From: Candidatus Limnocylindria bacterium
GTDB lineage: Bacteria > Chloroflexota > Limnocylindria > QHBO01
Direction of reading: 5' to 3'
Length of the DNA: 61,908 nt
Assembly (NCBI GenBank): GCA_046262115.1
Contig: JBHENJ010000029.1
Location: 1-61,908, forward strand
In this document: positions 18,340 to 26,066 of the stretch, piece by piece
Numbering within the stretch: the first letter of the stretch is position 1
Layout of the letters: each line of letters opens with the position of its first letter
Made by a program: the position numbers and the translations under genes
Notes under the pieces: model-generated
Told to the model about the DNA's origin: nothing
Databases searched by the model: none
What the model saw: the letters and a program-made list of their open reading frames with translations, nothing else

Positions 18340-18860
18340 CCGTGGATCGTCGAGCCGCCTTCATCGCGGTCGTCGGGGAGGGCGATCCACGCGGACCCGA
18401 GGCCGGACGCCTGCTGTTATGGGCAGAGGAGGTCGGCCGCGCCCTCGCGTCGGCCGGCGCGGCTGTTATCACGGGCGGGCTGGGCGGCGTCATGCGCGCG
18501 GCGTCGCAGGGTGCCGCGTCGGCCGGTGGGCTGACGCTGGGGATCCTGCCCGGAGCCGACCCGGACGAGGCGAATGAGTTCGTCCGCGTACCGGTCGCAA
18601 CCGGGCTCGGCGTCGCGCGGAACCTGGTCGTGGTCACCGCCTCGGACGCCGTTGTGGCGATCGGCGGTCGACACGGGACCCTCACGGAGATCGCCCTGGC
18701 GCTGCGGATGGGCCGCCACGTCGTCGGGCTCGGCTCGTGGCGCCTCGAGCCCGCGCAACTCGTCCCGGGACCGAAGCTCCACCGGGCGCGTGACCCGCAC
18801 GAGGCGGCCGGGCTCGCGCTTCGTCTCGCCGCCGGTCGTGCGGTGCCGGCGTCGCCGTGA
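18318..18860 (+). CDS. TIGR00725 / LOG-like (SLOG superfamily) protein
   Basis: ORF 18213..18860 trimmed to MLPARRVAV. Motifs: AFIAVVGEG, VITGGLGGVMRAAS, GILPG, VVAIGGRHGTLTEIALA. An alternative GTG lies at 18342. Confidence 0.65.
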   Translation: MLPARRVAVDRRAAFIAVVGEGDPRGPEAGRLLLWAEEVGRALASAGAAVITGGLGGVMRAASQGAASAGGLTLGILPGADPDEANEFVRVPVATGLGVARNLVVVTASDAVVAIGGRHGTLTEIALALRMGRHVVGLGSWRLEPAQLVPGPKLHRARDPHEAAGLALRLAAGRAVPASP

Positions 18861-19462
18861 CGTCGACCGAGGTCGCGGCCCCGGAGAAAGTCCTGGTGCT
18901 TCCGCGCGAGCGCGTCCCCGGCGGATGCGCGTTCCACGGGGTGCGTGGCTGCACCTCCGACGAGTTCGCGACCCTGCGGGACGCAGTGCGCAGGGACGGG
19001 CGGTTCGTCGATCGCTCCGTCGCGGAAGTCGATCCGTCGCAAAAGCAGCTGATCCCGTACGTCGTCGTGCGCGACGGCGAGCGCGTCTTCGTGATGCAGC
19101 GGACGCGCGCCGGCGGCGACGAGCGCCTGCACGACCGGGTCACGATCGGCGTCGGTGGGCATCTCAACGAGGTCGACGGTGCCGACGATCCCCTGGACGC
19201 GGGGCTCCGGCGCGAGTGGGTGGAGGAGCTCGTCACCGGCTGGACGCCCGAGTTTCGGTTGGTCGGCCTGCTGAACGACGACAGCAACGCGGTCGGGGCG
19301 GTCCACCTCGGTGTCGTCTTCGAGGTCGACGCCGCGGGGCGTGCCGTCACGGTCCGCGAGCGGGACAAGCTGAGCGGGAGCTTCCTGCCGTGGGCGGAGC
19401 TGCGCTCGATGCGCGACCGACTCGAGACCTGGTCCGTGTTCGTGGCCGATACCTATACTTGA
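18857..19462 (+). CDS. Nudix-like hydrolase with a non-canonical Nudix box
   Basis: ORF 18857..19462: QKQLIPYVVVRDGERVFVMQRT...ERLHDRVTIGVGGHLNE...GLRREWVEELV (the REUxEE part is present, the spacing is atypical). GTGA overlap with the upstream stop. Confidence 0.5.
   Translation: MTSTEVAAPEKVLVLPRERVPGGCAFHGVRGCTSDEFATLRDAVRRDGRFVDRSVAEVDPSQKQLIPYVVVRDGERVFVMQRTRAGGDERLHDRVTIGVGGHLNEVDGADDPLDAGLRREWVEELVTGWTPEFRLVGLLNDDSNAVGAVHLGVVFEVDAAGRAVTVRERDKLSGSFLPWAELRSMRDRLETWSVFVADTYT
19454..19459 (+). promoter_or_regulatory. TATACT -10-like hexamer 7 nt before the nfeD ATG (possible leaderless transcript)
   Basis: ccTATACTtgatcccATG. The hexamer lies inside the last codons of the upstream gene. 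Confidence 0.25.
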
Positions 19463-19466
19463 TCCC

Positions 19467-20906
19467 ATGCTGCGCCGCACCGACGGGGGGCGCGCGTCCG
19501 CCGCGCGCGCACCAGTTCCAGGGGTGCGCCTAAGGCACCTCGGCAGGATCGTCTCGTGGTCCGCGACGCTCCTCGGTCTCGCTTTGCTGGCCTCCCCGGT
19601 CCGGGCCGCTGACGATCACGTGCTGCGCTTGCGGATCGCCGGGATCATCGACCCGGTCAACGCGACGTATGTAGAGGAGGGGCTGCGGACCGCCGCGGAA
19701 GACGCCGCGGCTGCGGTGATTCTCGAGATCGACTCGCCGGGCGGCGCGCTGTCGGCGATGGATCGAATCATCAAGGCGATCCTGGACAGCGAAGTCCCTG
19801 TCATCACCTACGTCGCGCCCGGGGGCGCACGCGCCGGATCGGCGGCGACCTTCATCACGCTCGCCGGGGACGTCGCCGCCATGGCACCGTCGACGAACAT
19901 CGGGGCGGCATCGGTCGTCGACGCCAGCGGCGGTGACCTCGCTCCCACGCTCGATCGCAAGGTGACCAACGACGCGGTCGCGCGGATCCGCGAGCTCGCC
20001 GACCGGCGCAGCCGCAACTCCGACTGGGCGGAGTCAGCGGTTCGCCACGCGGCCTCCATCGGCTCCGCGGAGGCAGTCGCCATGGAGCCGCCGGTCGTCG
20101 ACATCCTGGCCACCGACACCGACGACCTGTTCGCGCAGATCGACCGCGGCGAGCGGAGTGACGGCGTGGCGTACCGCTTCCAGCATCGCGCCCTGCCGCA
20201 GCTCTCCGCGCTCGAGATCCGCGACGCGGGTCTCAACCTGGGACAGCAGGTGCTCCACCTGCTGTCCGATCCGAACATCGCCTTCCTGCTCTTCACCATC
20301 GGGTTCTACGGGATCCTGGCGGAGCTGTTTCACCCGAACTTCTTCTCGGGCACGCTGGGAGCCATCGCGCTGCTGCTGGCGTTCATCAGCTTCGACAGCC
20401 TCCCGCTGAACGTCGCGGGGCTCCTGCTCATGGCGCTCGGCATCGGGCTGCTGGTCCTCGAGCTGCACGTGACCAGCTACGGCCTGCTCACGGTGGGCGG
20501 GATCGTGTCGTTCGTTCTCGGCGCGTTCGCGCTGTACACCCGCGTCGAGCCCGGTGAGCCGATCGATCTGACCGTCCACCCCGGCGTCATCGTCGCGGTG
20601 GCTGCGATGACGTTGCTGTATTTCGCCGTCGTGCTGCGGGCGATGTTCATCGCGCAGCGACAGCGACCGCGCACCCTACCGATCCGGCGGCTCGTCGGCG
20701 CAGACGGCACTGCGCAGACTGCGCTCGAACCGACCGGCGTGGCCTACAGTCAGGGTGAGAGCTGGTCGGCGCGCGCCAGCCACGGCACCATCGCCGCAGG
20801 AACGCCGATACGCGTCATCCGCGTCGAGGGACTCGAGTTGATCGTGGAGCCGGCCGCATCGGCCGAGCGCGCGAACGTGAAGGAGGCGACCAGTGCCCCA
20901 GGTTGA
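19467..20906 (+). CDS. NfeD-family membrane-bound ClpP-class serine protease
   Basis: ORF 19467..20906: periplasmic ClpP-like domain (IDSPGG, GSAATFI), several TM segments, C-terminal OB-like domain (GESWSARA...IRVIRVEGLELIV). Confidence 0.8.
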   Translation: MLRRTDGGRASAARAPVPGVRLRHLGRIVSWSATLLGLALLASPVRAADDHVLRLRIAGIIDPVNATYVEEGLRTAAEDAAAAVILEIDSPGGALSAMDRIIKAILDSEVPVITYVAPGGARAGSAATFITLAGDVAAMAPSTNIGAASVVDASGGDLAPTLDRKVTNDAVARIRELADRRSRNSDWAESAVRHAASIGSAEAVAMEPPVVDILATDTDDLFAQIDRGERSDGVAYRFQHRALPQLSALEIRDAGLNLGQQVLHLLSDPNIAFLLFTIGFYGILAELFHPNFFSGTLGAIALLLAFISFDSLPLNVAGLLLMALGIGLLVLELHVTSYGLLTVGGIVSFVLGAFALYTRVEPGEPIDLTVHPGVIVAVAAMTLLYFAVVLRAMFIAQRQRPRTLPIRRLVGADGTAQTALEPTGVAYSQGESWSARASHGTIAAGTPIRVIRVEGLELIVEPAASAERANVKEATSAPG

Positions 20907-21795
20907 CGACCCGATCGGCCTTGCCATCATCGCAATCGGACTGCTCGTCCTGCTCTTCCTGATCGTCAACACCGTGCACATCGTTCGCGAGTACGAACGT
21001 CTGGTGGTCTTCACGCTCGGGAACCTGTCGGGGGCGCGCGGGCCGGGAATCGTGCTCCTCGTCCCGGTCATCCAGCAGACGGTCAAGGTGGACCTGCGCG
21101 AGCGCTTCCTGGAGGTGCCGCAGCAGACGTGCATCACCAAGGACAACGCGCCGATCAACATCGACTTCCTGGTGTACTCGAAGGTCTTCGACCCGGCCGA
21201 GACCGTGGTCGCGGTGACCGACTTCACCGGCGCGAGCCAGGCGCTGGCGGCGACCACGCTGCGCGCCGTCATCGGCGACATCCCGCTCGACGACGTGCTC
21301 GCCAAGCGCGAGGAGATCAACAACATCCTGCGCGCCAAACTCGACGAGGTGACGCACCGATGGGGAGTGAAGATCACCAACGTCGAGATTCGCGAGATCG
21401 TTCCGCCGCGCGACATCCAGGAGGCCATGAACCGGCAGATGAGCGCGGAGCGGAACCGGCGCGCGGTGATCATCGAGTCGGAGGGCAACCGCCAGGCGAC
21501 GATCAACGTGGCGGAAGGCGACAAGCAGAGCGCCATTCTGCGGTCGGAGGGCGAGCGGCAGGCGCAGATCCTTCGCGCCGAAGGGTTCAGCAACGCGCTC
21601 CAGACGATCTTCTCGGCGGCGCGCGGGATCGACGACAAGACGATGACGCTCCAGTACTTCGAGGCGTTGAAGGCGCTCGGCGCCGGCGCCTCGACGAAAT
21701 GGGTCCTGCCCATGGAGCTTGCGGATCTGGTGCGGCCGATCGGCGCGGCCCTGCGCCGCGGGGCGCTGCCCGAGGACAGCGAGCCGCGTGGCTGA
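20893..21795 (+). CDS. SPFH/Band-7 (stomatin-like) protein
   Basis: ORF 20893..21795: N-terminal TM segment, YERLVVFTLG, IREIVPPRDIQEAMNRQMSAERNRRAVI. Classic nfeD partner. Confidence 0.85.
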   Translation: MPQVDDPIGLAIIAIGLLVLLFLIVNTVHIVREYERLVVFTLGNLSGARGPGIVLLVPVIQQTVKVDLRERFLEVPQQTCITKDNAPINIDFLVYSKVFDPAETVVAVTDFTGASQALAATTLRAVIGDIPLDDVLAKREEINNILRAKLDEVTHRWGVKITNVEIREIVPPRDIQEAMNRQMSAERNRRAVIIESEGNRQATINVAEGDKQSAILRSEGERQAQILRAEGFSNALQTIFSAARGIDDKTMTLQYFEALKALGAGASTKWVLPMELADLVRPIGAALRRGALPEDSEPRG

Positions 21796-22786
21796 GGCCC
21801 CCGGACGTCCGAGCGGACGCGGCCTGCTCGCATGGCTTGGCGCCGTGGCCGGAACCGCGGTCGCGGGCTACCTCGGGTACCTGACCGTCGAGGGATCGCG
21901 CCGCCTCATCCGCCCGCCGCGGTTGCTCCTCACGCCGGTCGGCTCGGGACCCCGGACGCCAGAGGACGTCGGCATACCGTACGAGGAGGTCCGCTTCACG
22001 ACCCGCGACGGCGTCACGCTCAGTGGCTGGCTGATGCCGTCCGAGCGCGAGACGCACGCGGCCGTGATTCTGATGCACGGCTTCGGCGGCAACCGACTTG
22101 TCGACCTCGTCGAGTTCGTGCCATGGCTGCGGCGCTATCACGTGCTTCAGTTCGACTTCCGCGGCCACGGGGGAAGCGCGGACGCGCCCATCTCGCTGCG
22201 CGCGCTGGAGCAGGAGGACGCGGCCGCGGCGGTCCGGCTGGTCGAGAGCCGCGGCCTGGGACCGACGGCGCTGATGGGCATCTCGATGGGTGCTGCCGTT
22301 GCGATCCTCGCCGCTCCGGCGTTGCCAGTGGCGTGTGTGGTCGCCGACGCGGCCTTCGCCGAGCTGCATCACCCGGTGGCCAACCGGATGCGCCTTGACG
22401 GCTATCCGTTGCCGGGACTCGGATCGCGGCTGATCGTCGCCGCATCAACGATCCGTGCGCGCGCGACACTGGTCGACCCGGTCGCGCGGGTCGGTCGCAT
22501 CGCCCCGCGCGGCCTGCTGCTGATCGCTCCTCGCGAGGATGCGCTGATCGACTACCGCCAGTCCCTGAAGCTCTACGAAGCGGCCGGCGACCCCAAGGAG
22601 CTGTACGTGGTGGAAGGGGCCGACCATCCATCGGCGCATGCATATGGAGGCGCCGAGTACGAACGCCGCGTCCTCGAGTTCCTGGCTCGTCACCTCGACG
22701 ACGGGCACGACGAATCGCACGGGGAGACGGACGCCAGCCTCTATAATTCCGCCGCCGATCGCGGCGCCGCCTCCTCCGTCGCCTGA
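21788..22786 (+). CDS. Membrane-anchored alpha/beta hydrolase
   Basis: ORF 21719..22786 trimmed to the GTG at 21788. TM segment LLAWLGAVAGTAVAGYLGYL, then ILMHGFGGN, GISMGAA, GADH. Confidence 0.75.
   Translation: MAEAPGRPSGRGLLAWLGAVAGTAVAGYLGYLTVEGSRRLIRPPRLLLTPVGSGPRTPEDVGIPYEEVRFTTRDGVTLSGWLMPSERETHAAVILMHGFGGNRLVDLVEFVPWLRRYHVLQFDFRGHGGSADAPISLRALEQEDAAAAVRLVESRGLGPTALMGISMGAAVAILAAPALPVACVVADAAFAELHHPVANRMRLDGYPLPGLGSRLIVAASTIRARATLVDPVARVGRIAPRGLLLIAPREDALIDYRQSLKLYEAAGDPKELYVVEGADHPSAHAYGGAEYERRVLEFLARHLDDGHDESHGETDASLYNSAADRGAASSVA
22742..22747 (+). promoter_or_regulatory. Consensus TATAAT -10 hexamer 48 nt upstream of the REC-CpaE gene
   Basis: cTATAATtcc inside the 3' end of the hydrolase gene. 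GAGGA lies 5 nt before the ATG at 22795. Confidence 0.3.
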
Positions 22787-22794
22787 GGACGCAG

Positions 22795-23997
22795 ATGCCA
22801 ACCACCAAGGTGCTCGTCGTCGACGACGACGTGAACGTCCAGCGAGTGCTCGTCGCCCAGCTCCGACAGGAGGGCTACGACGTCGTAGTCGCGAGCGACG
22901 GCGTTTCAGCCGTCACGCTCGCGGCGAGCGAGCACCCCGACCTGATCCTGATGGACGTCGCGATGCCGCGACTCGACGGGTACGCCGCGACCCAGCAGAT
23001 CCGCGCCGCGGAAGTCGACGGGCACGTTCCGATCCTGATGCTCGCGGCCGAGGTGGACGCCGAGCAGCGGATCCAGGGCCTCCGCGCCGGCGCCGACGAC
23101 TTCATCCTGAAGCCGTTTCATCCGCTCGAGTTGACGGCGAGGATCAAGGCGCTGCTGGCACGGACACAGGCCGCGCGGCCGCCGGTCGCGGACAAACCGC
23201 TCGATCAGACCGGGCCGGGCGCCGGAAAGCTGTGGGTCTTCTACGGCGCCAAGGGAGGCGTGGGAACGACCACCATCGCGATCAACACCGCAATTGCACT
23301 CGCCCGCTTCGCGAAGCGACGGACCGCCCTGATCGATGCCAATCTGCAGTTCGGCGACCTCCGCGTCTTCCTCGATATCGGTCTCGACCAGCGCTCGATC
23401 GTCGACGCCATCAGCGAGCCCGAGTTGGACGCGGATCTCCTCAGGGACGTCATGGTGACGCATCCCAGCGGCGTCGACCTCCTGTTGGCCCCGCCGTCAC
23501 CGGAGGCCGCCGACATCGTCGTCGAGCGTCAGCGCCAGGACGCGAGCTCGGTCACGCACCTCCTGAACGTCGTGCGCCGCACGCACGACTTCACCCTCGT
23601 CGACACGGCCAAGACGATCGACGACTTCAACCTGCACCTCATGGACGAGGCCGATGTGATCTACGTCGTCCTAACTGCCGACCTGTCCTGCCTGAAGAAC
23701 GTCCGCCTCGTGATCGAGACGATGGACAACCTCGGCTACGAGCGGAGCAAGGTTCAGCTGGTGTTGAATCGGTCGAATGCGTACACCGGCATCAACCTGC
23801 GCAACATCGAGGCGGCGCTCCAGCGAAAGATCGATCACCAGATCATCAACGAGTATCGGGCCGCGATCAGCGCGCTGAACTCCGGAGAGCCGGTGATGTG
23901 GAGCCGGCCGGACGTCCCGCTCGCGCGGAGCGTCCGCGACTTTGCCCGGGTCGCGCAGGGCGCGGTCCCGGCGGAGGCCGTCGCCTCCCGAGGCTGA
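22795..23997 (+). CDS. Response-regulator receiver fused to a CpaE/TadZ-like ParA/MinD ATPase
   Basis: ORF 22795..23997: VLVVDDD, LILMDVAMPRLDG, FILKPF (REC domain), then WVFYGAKGGVGTTTIAINTA (deviant Walker A). Confidence 0.8.
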   Translation: MPTTKVLVVDDDVNVQRVLVAQLRQEGYDVVVASDGVSAVTLAASEHPDLILMDVAMPRLDGYAATQQIRAAEVDGHVPILMLAAEVDAEQRIQGLRAGADDFILKPFHPLELTARIKALLARTQAARPPVADKPLDQTGPGAGKLWVFYGAKGGVGTTTIAINTAIALARFAKRRTALIDANLQFGDLRVFLDIGLDQRSIVDAISEPELDADLLRDVMVTHPSGVDLLLAPPSPEAADIVVERQRQDASSVTHLLNVVRRTHDFTLVDTAKTIDDFNLHLMDEADVIYVVLTADLSCLKNVRLVIETMDNLGYERSKVQLVLNRSNAYTGINLRNIEAALQRKIDHQIINEYRAAISALNSGEPVMWSRPDVPLARSVRDFARVAQGAVPAEAVASRG

Positions 23998-24094
23998 TCA
24001 CCGCTGGCAGCGGCGCGAGACCGAATGTAGTGCCCATCGTTCGGTCCCGCGCCCGCGCACCGTGTCCGGGCCCTGTCGCCTGCCCGAACCGCCA

Positions 24095-24112
24095 CCGGCC
24101 GTTGACGGCCGG
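24095..24112. terminator. GC hairpin between convergent genes (CCGGCCG-ttga-CGGCCGG)
   Basis: 7-bp perfect stem with a 4-nt loop. No U-tract. Confidence 0.35.
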
Positions 24113-24188
24113 CAACGACCAAGCGTAACGGTGGCGGCTGCGGAGGTCAAGTGTGAGTTAACGGCCCCGCCTTCGCGGCCGAGCCGAC

Positions 24189-25502
24189 TCAGGTCGGAAG
24201 CGAGACCTCGGCGTCGAGTGCCTCGCGCGCCAGGCGGTACGCCTGCTCGTGCTCGCCGGTGTCGGCTGCCACGTCCGCCCACTCTCGAAGCGCCTCGCGC
24301 AGCCGCGCGCGAGGTCCGCGCGCGCGGAGCAGCGACGCGGCGCGCTCGAAGTCCGCGGCGGCGGCGTCGAGCCGGCCGGCTCGACGCGCCGCCCGCGCCC
24401 GGGTGAGAAGGGCGCTCCCGAGCGCCTTGTCGTTCGACGATCTCTCGGCGAATGCGATCGCCTCGGCGGCTCGATCGACGGCGGTGTCGACGCGGCCGTC
24501 GGCAAGGGCGATCTGCGCCTGCGTGTCCGAAACGTGTGCAAGCCAGCGCGCGTCCCCCGTAGCCTCGAACTGGCGTCGGGCGGCATCGGTCAGTTCTGAC
24601 GCTCGCGTGAGGTTCCCGAGGGCGAGATAGGCGAGCGCGAGATCGTTCTCGATCGACGCTGTCTCGAACGCCGCGCCCGCGGCGCGGTAGAGCGCCAGGC
24701 TCTGGGTGCCCGCACGGATCGCCGCTTCGTTGTCCCCGGTCTCGCGGTAGCTGATCGCGAGCGAGAACAGGAAGGATGCGCGCCGACGGTCGTCGAGGTC
24801 GCCGGCCAGGCCGCGCGCCTCTTCGAGGTACGTGACGGCGGTGGCGTGCTCGCCTGCGCGCGACTCGACCAGCGAGAGCGCGATCAGGACGCGGACGCGC
24901 AGGTCCGGATCGGCGTCGAGACCGGCGCGTAGCCGGTCGAGCAGCCCTCGCAGGAGCGCGCGCGCCTCGTCGCCGTTATCGGTCTGGTAGAGGCCGAAGG
25001 CCAGCCAGTAGGTCGCCAGCGCGCCGTCGGCGTGAAGGCCGGCACGCGAGAACAGCTCACTCGCCTCGCTGGCGGCGGCAATCGCCTCGCGTCCGCGGTC
25101 CAGGCGGCACAGCGCTTCCGCGGCGCCGCACAGCAGCTCGGCGCGCGCGATGGGCTCCGTCTCCGTCTCGAGAAGCGCGAGGTACGCATCGGCCGCCGGC
25201 CGCCAATTCCCGATGGCCAGCTGCATGTCCGCCTCGAGCCGATTCCATCCGGGCGGCTCATGGCCCAGCAGTGACGCGGGGCTCACGCCGAGCCGCTCGG
25301 CGAAAAACGTCAACGCGGCCATCGAAGGCCGCGAGGCACCGTGCTCGATCGCGCTCACGAACGCCTTGGTGTAGCGATCGCCCGCGAGCTGCTGCTGGGA
25401 CATCCCGGATCGGAGTCGTGCCTCGCGAAGCCGTGCGCCGATGCGCTCGGCGAGCTCGACGTTGGCACGCTCCGCTGCACGAGCAGCGATCCGGGGGGAC
25501 AT
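24189..25502 (-). CDS. XRE-family HTH + TPR-repeat transcriptional regulator (437 aa)
   Basis: ORF 24189..26594 trimmed to MSPRIAARAAE (ATG 25502-25500). HTH: LREARLRSGMSQQQLAGDRYTKAFVSAIEHGASRPSMAALTFFAERLGV. The remainder is repeated Ala/Leu-rich TPR-like helices. Confidence 0.8.
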   Translation of the reverse strand: MSPRIAARAAERANVELAERIGARLREARLRSGMSQQQLAGDRYTKAFVSAIEHGASRPSMAALTFFAERLGVSPASLLGHEPPGWNRLEADMQLAIGNWRPAADAYLALLETETEPIARAELLCGAAEALCRLDRGREAIAAASEASELFSRAGLHADGALATYWLAFGLYQTDNGDEARALLRGLLDRLRAGLDADPDLRVRVLIALSLVESRAGEHATAVTYLEEARGLAGDLDDRRRASFLFSLAISYRETGDNEAAIRAGTQSLALYRAAGAAFETASIENDLALAYLALGNLTRASELTDAARRQFEATGDARWLAHVSDTQAQIALADGRVDTAVDRAAEAIAFAERSSNDKALGSALLTRARAARRAGRLDAAAADFERAASLLRARGPRARLREALREWADVAADTGEHEQAYRLAREALDAEVSLPT

Positions 25503-25522
25503 GGCGGCAAGTGTATGCGCGG

Positions 25523-25541
25523 CGTCAACACGCCGTTGACG
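25523..25541. promoter_or_regulatory. Inverted repeat CGTCAAC-acgcc-GTTGACG (candidate operator)
   Basis: 7-bp perfect arms 21 nt upstream of the regulator start, in the divergent intergenic region shared with the sORF. Confidence 0.35.
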
Positions 25542-25710
25542 GCGGTAAGCCGCAGGTAAGCGGGCGCTGGTACGAACGGCTGCGCGATCTGCGCCCGGCC
25601 GGTACGGATGGGCCATTTCGGCTGACGCGAGCCGGCGGGAGCATCGGGACTCGGCTCCGTGCGCCGCGGGCGGGGTCGGCGTCATACGGCGGCACGCACT
25701 AGGGAGGTCG

Positions 25711-25833
25711 ATGATGCGATCCGGGAGAATCGGGCGCCCGCTGCTTGCAGCGTGGCTGCTGACCGCGATCCTCGCGACGCTGAACGTCGTGGTCGCGCTC
25801 GCCGACAGCGGCGGCGGTCCATTCCCGCGCTGA
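25711..25833 (+). CDS. 40-aa sORF: Sec-type signal peptide followed by a 9-residue tail (candidate secreted propeptide)
   Basis: AGGGAGG at 25701-25707, then ATGATG. Translation: MMRSGRIGRPLLAAWLLTAILATLNVVVALA|DSGGGPFPR*. It is followed by a strong hairpin. Not in the ORF track because it is under 60 aa. Confidence 0.45.
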   Translation: MMRSGRIGRPLLAAWLLTAILATLNVVVALADSGGGPFPR

Positions 25834-25875
25834 CCACACTCTCGGCCGCATCGAGCGGCCCCGAAACGACGGAGA

Positions 25876-25900
25876 GACGCCGGTCCGAGTGACCGGCGTC
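25876..25900 (+). terminator. 10-bp perfect hairpin GACGCCGGTC-cgagt-GACCGGCGTC followed by TT
   Basis: Read directly from the sequence, 43 nt after the sORF stop. The U-tract is weak. Confidence 0.45.
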
Positions 25901-26066
25901 TTCGCGTGTCGGGCAAGGCGGTGCACTCACCCCGATAAGCCGCGGCTAAATCGCGGGTAACCGCGTCCTCGTACGGTGCCACCGCCGGTCGCCGCTGGAA
26001 TTGGGAGGCGAGCAGGCGGGCGGCCGGCACTCTTCGCCTCCTCATCGTCAAGCCACGAGGACGCCC

